Of a stretch of DNA of 64,000 nucleotides, positions 57,518 to 64,000 are shown one piece after another. The number at the start of each line of letters is the position of its first letter. Within the stretch, counting starts at the first letter, position 1. Position numbers and translations under genes: made by a program. Below the pieces are notes generated by a model. That model worked only from the letters and a program-made list of their open reading frames with translations, made no database searches and was not told the origin of the DNA. This DNA is from Candidatus Poribacteria bacterium (GTDB lineage Bacteria > Poribacteria > WGA-4E > WGA-3G), in NCBI GenBank assembly GCA_964291315.2, contig OZ219750.1, positions 160,001 through 224,000 on the forward strand, read 5' to 3'.

Positions 57518-57817
57518 ATGAAAGAAACAAAATCCCTCGGAAAAAGACTTGTTGCGGAGCATCGAGCAAAAGTACGGCGAGACATCAAACAATACGTACT
57601 TGCAGCACTTGTTGGAACTGTCGTCGGACTGAGTATCGGGTTTACCGTGAGTGATTTCTGGTCATTACTCATAGATAGGTGCTCCGCTTGTGGTGAACTC
57701 GGTTCAGAAAAAGAGCACAAGGAATTAGGTAGTCTTGTAGCTCCCAATTATTATGTGTGTCAACCGCGGCCTCCGATATATAGACCCGCACCCCCGAGCC
57801 CTTATCTTGACAGATAA
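57518..57817 (+). CDS. Small single-TM protein with CxxCGExG...H motif (copy 1)
   Basis: AAGGAG RBS; basic N-terminus, TM helix, CSACGELGSEKEH, Pro-rich tail. Confidence 0.75.
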   Translation: MKETKSLGKRLVAEHRAKVRRDIKQYVLAALVGTVVGLSIGFTVSDFWSLLIDRCSACGELGSEKEHKELGSLVAPNYYVCQPRPPIYRPAPPSPYLDR

Positions 57818-57906
57818 ACCTAACTTTTTGAGTGCAACTCAGGGAGATCCCCTCTAACTGAGGTATTCAGACTTATGCCAAGCCGTATAAAGATTGTTAC
57901 AGCATT
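57518..57906 (+). repeat. Direct repeat copy 1 (copy 2 at 62350-62738)
   Basis: Near-identical about 390 bp at offset 4832; weaker similarity extends about 90 bp upstream (gaaataactttccttacatgt). Confidence 0.9.
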
Positions 57907-58552
57907 GGGAATCCTTGTAATTCTAACGTTTGTTGGGCATTTTTTCATCACACAAAAAGTTGTAAAACCAGAGGTTCTTACAATTTACAAGGTTACACCG
58001 ATAGAGCTAAGGGGGGAGTCACACGGCGTTGATCCAAGGTCCAAGCCTCCCCTGGAAAAACAGGTTCCCCATTTCCCGTCTGTCTCCAGCGACCCTTTTC
58101 ATATTCATAAAACGCAGTCCTCTAAGAATATCCTTCACGATGAATTTGAAATCACATCCCACTTTGAGCAGAGACAGGCATTTCCCAAAGATACAGAATC
58201 TGCCGCTGACACAGTCCTTGCAGATGAAGATGTCAATTCGTCAGAGCATATCCACAGAAATATTGAAATGTTAAGTGCACAGATTGAAGACGAATTTTCC
58301 GATCTCATTTCCTTTTCACAGATGACCCGTGCCGAAATAACAGCGTTGCCGTATGAGGAAAGAGAAAGAATTAGGGAACTCTCTAACCAATTTATGGAAA
58401 AGTATATGAAAGAAATTCGTGAGTCTTTTTTGCTTTTGCCCCCCGATCATTTGGAAGGTATCCTCTCGGTTCTTCAGGAAGCATACAGAGAACAGTGGGG
58501 AAATGAATATGCTGATAAAGTTATAGCAGAATTACGTAACCAGCTCAAATGA
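57875..58552 (+). CDS. Hypothetical protein with N-terminal membrane anchor
   Basis: 225-aa ORF, GAGG RBS, N-terminal hydrophobic helix, helical C-terminus; stop overlaps next ATG. Confidence 0.7.
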   Translation: MPSRIKIVTALGILVILTFVGHFFITQKVVKPEVLTIYKVTPIELRGESHGVDPRSKPPLEKQVPHFPSVSSDPFHIHKTQSSKNILHDEFEITSHFEQRQAFPKDTESAADTVLADEDVNSSEHIHRNIEMLSAQIEDEFSDLISFSQMTRAEITALPYEERERIRELSNQFMEKYMKEIRESFLLLPPDHLEGILSVLQEAYREQWGNEYADKVIAELRNQLK

Positions 58553-60294
58553 TATGGTATCCACATATAAAACATTTTAGAACCAGTTCGACTAGTTTAC
58601 ACTACGTTTTTTTTCTCTGCATTTTTGTGATTGCAGCTGTGCCTCGCTTGTTATCTCTAGAGTCCCACTGGTCCAGTGATGAAGCGCGGTGGCTCAACCG
58701 AAGCGAAACGTTCATGTCCGCTGTTAAACACGGTGAGTTCTCTGAAACCTTCATTACGCACCACCCCGGTGTCATAACAATGTGGCTTGCGGGGCTCCGT
58801 ACCTTTTTTGCATCCGCTAACTTGGATGTGCGCAACCTCGCGCGGGCTCGTTTTTTTATAGGCATTGTTGTCTGGATAGGGATCGGTGCGGCCTGTCTTG
58901 CTCTATGCCGGCTTTTCGGACAGTGGATAGCCCTTGCTAGTTTCGTTTGTCTCGCGTTATCTCCGCTCTTTTTGGCGCAGACGCGTCGTGTTCACACGGA
59001 TGCCCTTGCCACTATTTTTATTTTGCTCACGATGTTGCTGTTTCTACTCTATTGTCAAAACCGGCACCGACACCGTTATATTGTCTTTTCAGGTATCACC
59101 TATGGGCTCGCTCTAATTGCTAAAAGTTACGCCCTCATTCTCGTACCATGGATACCGATGTGTTTATTTTTATTTCCAGATCCGTCCAAGTCCTCGTGGA
59201 ATAAGAAAAACCTCATTGTCCTTCTCTGCTTCGCGAGTTCTGCCGTTCTCTCGGTATTAATAGTGTGGCCCATTTTCTGGGCCCCTTCTTTCGCCATCCT
59301 GATTGCATGTTTATTAGGCAGCATCACATCAATGTTAAAGGTCCTCAAATCGGAAAAAACGGACCTAAAAAGCCTCCCCTTTTTTGCAGGGGCTATAGTT
59401 TTGTGTGCTGTGAGCATACGCACCCTACAAACCTTATGGGACGTTTTTGATAAAGTGGGATGGGCTGTCAGAACACCCCACGAGGTAGATCATTTCTTTT
59501 TGGGGAAGGTTGTGGATGATCCCGGTTGGCTTTTCTATCCATTTGTACTTATGATCAAAAGTACACCGCTAATGCTACCCTTGGCACTTGTCGGATGCGT
59601 CCTACTTTGGAAACAACGACAGTCCGAGAAGACGATCCGACAGCTTCGGATAGCACTTGCACTCGTTGCGGGCGTTATGCTTTTCACATTGTGCCTCTCA
59701 ATCACGAGCAAAAAGTTCAGTCGCTACCTCTTACCCGCCTTTGCGATGTTAGAGATACTCGCTGCGATCGGATTTGTAGAGGGGCTCAAATCGAGTTACG
59801 CTGCACTACGTTCCCGTTTTGGTACCGCGGTAGCTGCGAAATACAAGACAGTACTTGCTGTTATTGCCTGCTCTGTTTTCTGTTTTATTCAGGTTTTCCC
59901 CGTGATGTCGCTTCATCCGTATTACGGCACTTACTATAACCTCTGTTGGAAAGTGACCGACATTACCAAGTTTATCACGGTGGGGGAAGCCTCTGGGTTA
60001 GATATCGCAGCGAAATATCTGAACAAAACAGAATTGGAAAGACCCTTGCGCGTACAAGTCTCTCCATTATCGGCTCAATTTTTTATTCGCTATTTTAATG
60101 GATTGGTCAGAACTCCTGACAGAACAGGCGGCCCCGACCCAGATTATGAAGTCGTCTACATTCGAGACTCACAGATAGGACTGGTTCCGCAGTCCGGTAA
60201 CCTCAATGGTGAACTGGAAGCCGTCATCACTCTCAACGGCATTGACCATGTTTGGATTTACCGTATCCTGCCCCCCGAGGAAGTCCTCGATTGA
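58549..60294 (+). CDS. GT-C glycosyltransferase (ArnT/PMT, family 39-like)
   Basis: First-loop WSSDEARW, HHPG, SPLFLAQTR..HTDA, KFSRYLLP; more than 10 TM helices. Confidence 0.82.
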   Translation: MIWYPHIKHFRTSSTSLHYVFFLCIFVIAAVPRLLSLESHWSSDEARWLNRSETFMSAVKHGEFSETFITHHPGVITMWLAGLRTFFASANLDVRNLARARFFIGIVVWIGIGAACLALCRLFGQWIALASFVCLALSPLFLAQTRRVHTDALATIFILLTMLLFLLYCQNRHRHRYIVFSGITYGLALIAKSYALILVPWIPMCLFLFPDPSKSSWNKKNLIVLLCFASSAVLSVLIVWPIFWAPSFAILIACLLGSITSMLKVLKSEKTDLKSLPFFAGAIVLCAVSIRTLQTLWDVFDKVGWAVRTPHEVDHFFLGKVVDDPGWLFYPFVLMIKSTPLMLPLALVGCVLLWKQRQSEKTIRQLRIALALVAGVMLFTLCLSITSKKFSRYLLPAFAMLEILAAIGFVEGLKSSYAALRSRFGTAVAAKYKTVLAVIACSVFCFIQVFPVMSLHPYYGTYYNLCWKVTDITKFITVGEASGLDIAAKYLNKTELERPLRVQVSPLSAQFFIRYFNGLVRTPDRTGGPDPDYEVVYIRDSQIGLVPQSGNLNGELEAVITLNGIDHVWIYRILPPEEVLD

Positions 60295-61244
60295 TACCGA
60301 AAATAAGGCAGCTTGCAGGCTACTTGGTTGCTGGGTTACTCTTGTGTTTTCTCATTAAACCCTTTGTGCAAACACAGACAACTCTAAAATATACCTCATT
60401 TCAGTTACATTGGCATTGGCTCATTCCGGCCTTTGGTCTCCATATCCTTTACAGGATCTACTATACCGTCCCGTTCGCAACTTTGCTGCGCTGTCTGATG
60501 CAAAAACCGGTCTCTTTTCGGGATGCCTTTACGCTTTTCCATCTTGCCAACATCACGCGTTATCTTCCCGGTCGGATCTGGGGCGTTGTGAGACTGTTGT
60601 CTTTAAGCGAACAGTTCAGGTTGAGCAAAACTGCAGTCGGCAGTAGCCTGACGCTACACGTTGGCGTGGAGACCGCACTCGGTGGACTGATTGCGCTGTC
60701 CCTGCTGTTTTCAAAACAGATGCAAGACACCGCAACACAAGTGCTTGATTCGTTTTCAGGACAGACAGTGTTTTTGATGGTCGCCGGAATAGGACTCATG
60801 ATGGGCATCCTGTTTTGCATCCCGAAACTTGCAGCCCGCGCCGGGCAGTTTCTAAAAAAATGCTCACTCCTTCTGAAAAATACTCTCCTATGGAGGATCG
60901 TGCTAACTAGCCACATCGGTCTCTGGATATGTCAGGGGCTCGCTTTTTTCTTATTCGTCCGAAGTTTCGCGCTTGTGCGCTGGGCGGATGTGTGGGGTCT
61001 TGCAGCTTGTTTTGCGTTTGCATGGATTATCGGTTTCTTCAGTTTTCTCACACCCGGGGGCTTAGGGGTCCGAGAGGGATTGTTAGGGTTGCTGTTGGCA
61101 AATTATCTGCCGACCTATCAGGCAACGCTTGTCGCTTTGCTCTGTCGTCTCTGCATGTTATCTGCCGAGGTTCTCTTGGCCGGCACGGCTTGGGGACTTC
61201 ACAAGCGACGTTATAAAAGAAACAATCAGGGGCAGGATTTCTGA
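60291..61244 (+). CDS. Lysylphosphatidylglycerol synthase TM / flippase-like domain protein
   Basis: RYLPGRIWG and TPGGLGVREG motifs; TTG start overlapping the GT stop. Confidence 0.82.
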   Translation: MIPKIRQLAGYLVAGLLLCFLIKPFVQTQTTLKYTSFQLHWHWLIPAFGLHILYRIYYTVPFATLLRCLMQKPVSFRDAFTLFHLANITRYLPGRIWGVVRLLSLSEQFRLSKTAVGSSLTLHVGVETALGGLIALSLLFSKQMQDTATQVLDSFSGQTVFLMVAGIGLMMGILFCIPKLAARAGQFLKKCSLLLKNTLLWRIVLTSHIGLWICQGLAFFLFVRSFALVRWADVWGLAACFAFAWIIGFFSFLTPGGLGVREGLLGLLLANYLPTYQATLVALLCRLCMLSAEVLLAGTAWGLHKRRYKRNNQGQDF

Positions 61245-61639
61245 TGGGTGCCGAGGTAATACAGAAAACATCTTTATATCAAATGGGTTCTCCTTTTGAA
61301 CCAAACGTTCGGGAGGAAGGAGACTTCTATAGACCCGTCAGTTATCAATACATCCTAACGTTCCAACCTTTCATTCGTTTGAGCAGTTTTTTCTAGGTAG
61401 ATTTATCTCTACGACCACACTCCCCTGTGATGCGTGTGTGAATTAAAATCAGATTGATTTTGCTTGACCTATTTTTCAAAACCGGTTAGATTGGTTATGA
61501 AATGCTGCAATCGGATACACCTGGGATTAGAAAACCGAGGTGTATCATTATTTTAGAAAAACTCGGAAAAAGTTTGGGACAGATTAGGGCGAGGCTTTCA
61601 TAAAACTGGCCCTCACAGACAAAGAGAAGGAAACTTGCT

Positions 61640-62191
61640 GTGTCAGGAAACCAATTCCCTGTTGACCGTTTTAAGAAAATCTACAAATTTTATTTCCTCA
61701 GGAAAATCATAGTCCAAGCCGTTCTTTACGCGTTCGGATTTACGGGGCATCTATTAACGAGTTTGATTATGGCAGGAACAATACAACTGGATCCTGATTC
61801 CAGTATCGGCAGGCTTCTCAGAAGTTGGATGCGCGAGTCTATCATCGTTTTTGGTTCAACAGTATCTGGCGGTTTATTTACCTTCGGCGCGATCTGTGCA
61901 GGCATTTTTTCTGTAGGGGCATTATCTCTTGGTATTATCGCAATAGGGGCATTATCTCTTGGTGTTATTGCTATGGGTGCTATGCCTCTTGGTGTTATTG
62001 CAATTGGTCCGGTTTCTGTTGGTATTATTGCTATTGGGGAGTGCCCCTATGGTCTCTATACCTTATCTATCACAGGAAAGGGCAAAGGCAAATATGTCTT
62101 CACCCCGGAGCGCCAAGATACCCGAGCAGTAGCCCTGTTTACACGCTTGCTTCCAAAGTTCAAGACGTTGTTTGTTGAGACAAAATCTTAG
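61640..62191 (+). CDS. Hypothetical membrane protein with Gly every fifth residue
   Basis: GALSLGIIAIGALSLGVIAMGAMPLGVIAIGPVSVGIIAIG. Confidence 0.65.
   Translation: MSGNQFPVDRFKKIYKFYFLRKIIVQAVLYAFGFTGHLLTSLIMAGTIQLDPDSSIGRLLRSWMRESIIVFGSTVSGGLFTFGAICAGIFSVGALSLGIIAIGALSLGVIAMGAMPLGVIAIGPVSVGIIAIGECPYGLYTLSITGKGKGKYVFTPERQDTRAVALFTRLLPKFKTLFVETKS
61916..62035 (+). repeat. Degenerate 30-bp tandem repeat, 4 copies
   Basis: ggggcattatctcttggtattatcgcaata and three variants. Confidence 0.75.
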
Positions 62192-62349
62192 TGTTACTCC
62201 TTTTTTCTATATCTGTTCTATAAAGTAATTCGTTATAGTACGTATATGTGAGGTAGACGGTTTTTATTTCCCTATCTTCTTCTCCAACACGAGAGAAATA
62301 ACTTTCCTTACATGTTTTTTGTAAGTGGATAACTGAGGAGACAAGCTAT

Positions 62350-62649
62350 ATGAAAGAAACAAAATCCCTCGGAAAAAGACTTGTTGCGGAGCATCGAGCA
62401 AAAGTACGGCGAGACATCAAACAATACGTCCTTGCAGCACTTGTTAGAACTGTCGTCGGACTGAGTATCGGGTTCACCGTGAGCGATTTCTGGTCATTAC
62501 TCATAGACAAGTGTTCCGCTTGTGGTGAACTCGGTTCAGAAAAAGAGCACAAGGAATTAGGTAGTCTTGTAGCTCCCAATTATTATGTGTGTCAACCGCG
62601 GCCTCCGATATATAGACCCGCACCCCCGAGCCCTTATCTTGACAGATAA
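62350..62649 (+). CDS. Small single-TM protein with CxxCGExG...H motif (copy 2)
   Basis: 97/99 residues identical to 57518..57817 (G to R in the TM, R to K). Confidence 0.75.
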   Translation: MKETKSLGKRLVAEHRAKVRRDIKQYVLAALVRTVVGLSIGFTVSDFWSLLIDKCSACGELGSEKEHKELGSLVAPNYYVCQPRPPIYRPAPPSPYLDR

Positions 62650-62738
62650 ACCTAACTTTTTGAGTGCAACTCAGGGAGATCCCCTCTAACTGAGGTATTC
62701 AGGCTTATGTCAAGCCGTATAAAGATTGTTACAGCATG
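62350..62738 (+). repeat. Direct repeat copy 2, including a truncated start of the 57875 gene
   Basis: Ends ...atgtcaagccgtataaagattgttacagcat (MSSRIKIVTA) then diverges. Confidence 0.9.
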
Positions 62739-62869
62739 GCACAAATATAGGTATATGTGATGTGACAACTTGGTGGAGTTCCCTCCAAAATTTCATCCGG
62801 ATCGCGTTGTAGAAAACATTTAGTATGTTAATTCGCCAGAATTTAATTACATACGTGGGCAAGGAAACC

Positions 62870-63862
62870 ATGAAATTTAAACATTTACATCTATTGATTT
62901 TGTTAGGCATCAGTTTTGGGACACTATGTGCAAGCAGCCGCCTTACATCGGCTAAAGCTCCTGAAACGCCTAAAATTACGTTCGTATCGCACAAACAAAC
63001 GGATATCTATATTATGAACCCTGACGGAAGTGATAAGCTCAACCTAACCCGGCACGTTTCGCGTAATAGTGACCCTGTATGGTCCCCGGACGGAGAGCAC
63101 ATCCTATTCAGTTCCGATCGACGTGATCGCGTCTGGGATCTCTTTTTAATGGATGCAAGTGGCGAGAATATACAAAAAGTCTTCAAAGACACAGCAGTCA
63201 GAAGAAACCCTACCTGGTCCCCTAATGGGCGAAGGATTGCTTATTGGCGAGAAAACGAACAGGCCATCTACACTGCGACTATAAATGGAGCGGAAGAACA
63301 ACGCTTAGCACCTACTGGAGAAGACGGCGGCTATCCTAAGTGGTCCCCAAACGGCGTAGAGATAGCCTATATTTTTCACCGAAAAGCACCGGTAGGGACT
63401 CAGGAAATTCGTATCGTCAACTTACAAACTAATGTTCAGCGGACGTTTCTTCCGGAAAAACCATTACTGATGTATGCAGTTGCTTGGTCGCCAAGGGGAG
63501 ACGAACTCGCTTTTCACTGGATTAATTTGGATATATGGAAGAATCCAGCATTGCTTTTGGGTGGTTTCTGGCCCAAGTCTGCTATCTACATTGCTCGTCA
63601 CGACGGTAGCGATTTACGGAAAATTGTTTCAGGTCCTGGTCTAAGTTTAAGAACGCTGGCCTGGTCTCCCGACGCGGCGGAACTTCTTTATACCAGAACA
63701 GGACAACTCTTCAAAATCAATTTGAACACGCGATCAGAGATACAGCTCACAGCTAATGAGGGCATCAGCTCTAGTGCAGATTGGTTTGATCCTGAGGCGT
63801 TGTCTGTTCAGCTTCAAGCGGAATTGTTAACAACACTTTGGGGCGGAATCAAACAGCAATAG
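62870..63862 (+). CDS. TolB-like PD40 beta-propeller secreted protein with C-terminal LTTLWGGIK tail
   Basis: Signal peptide after AAGGA RBS; repeated P.WSPDG/WSPNG; IYIMNPDG. Confidence 0.85.
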   Translation: MKFKHLHLLILLGISFGTLCASSRLTSAKAPETPKITFVSHKQTDIYIMNPDGSDKLNLTRHVSRNSDPVWSPDGEHILFSSDRRDRVWDLFLMDASGENIQKVFKDTAVRRNPTWSPNGRRIAYWRENEQAIYTATINGAEEQRLAPTGEDGGYPKWSPNGVEIAYIFHRKAPVGTQEIRIVNLQTNVQRTFLPEKPLLMYAVAWSPRGDELAFHWINLDIWKNPALLLGGFWPKSAIYIARHDGSDLRKIVSGPGLSLRTLAWSPDAAELLYTRTGQLFKINLNTRSEIQLTANEGISSSADWFDPEALSVQLQAELLTTLWGGIKQQ

Positions 63863-64000
63863 TATGCTTTTATGGAGACATCACCGGCGAGGCATCTGGT
63901 TTTATTTTTAATGGAGCCAATGAACGATCTTGGACCTCTCGTCGGTTTTAATGCGGGGCATCATATACCACAAAAAGAGTTATCAAGATTTCCACCTCTT

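Noticed and set aside
61825-62178. Cys/Tyr/Trp-rich ORF (WCYCYGCY...) as a peptide precursor
   Set aside because: It is an alternative frame of the 30-bp Gly repeat in the 61640 gene and has no clear RBS

Overview
This 64 kb window is bacterial chromosome with about 50 CDS and no rRNA, tRNA, CRISPR array or intact transposase that I could recognise. Its gene content (PhyH dioxygenase, Gfo/Idh/MocA enzymes, secreted proteins ending in a TWGxLK-type tail or an NPFNPETWIPY FlgD/T9SS-like domain, cohesin/dockerin proteins) suggests a Candidatus Poribacteria-like organism; this is inference. In order, it holds: a Fur-boxed iron uptake operon (porin, imelysin, di-heme protein, lipoprotein); a type IIG-like R-M gene broken at a G8 tract; a frameshifted FGE-domain gene; NUDIX, alpha-carbonic anhydrase and triple-DUF5069 genes; an adjacent cohesin-Spondin_N x2 and Reeler-dockerin pair; ABC genes; a second R-M gene; a 12 kb uncharacterised membrane operon (2452-aa pseudo-M28/LysM/FtsX giant, 58-aa membrane peptide, OPT-like protein, unknown protein, PqqD/RRE, ABC ATPase); a sugar catabolism cluster (GH172, dgoD); and an ECF sigma region with Cys-rich small membrane proteins, GT39 and a flippase-like gene bracketed by a direct repeat. 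All family calls come from reading motifs by eye; no searches were run.
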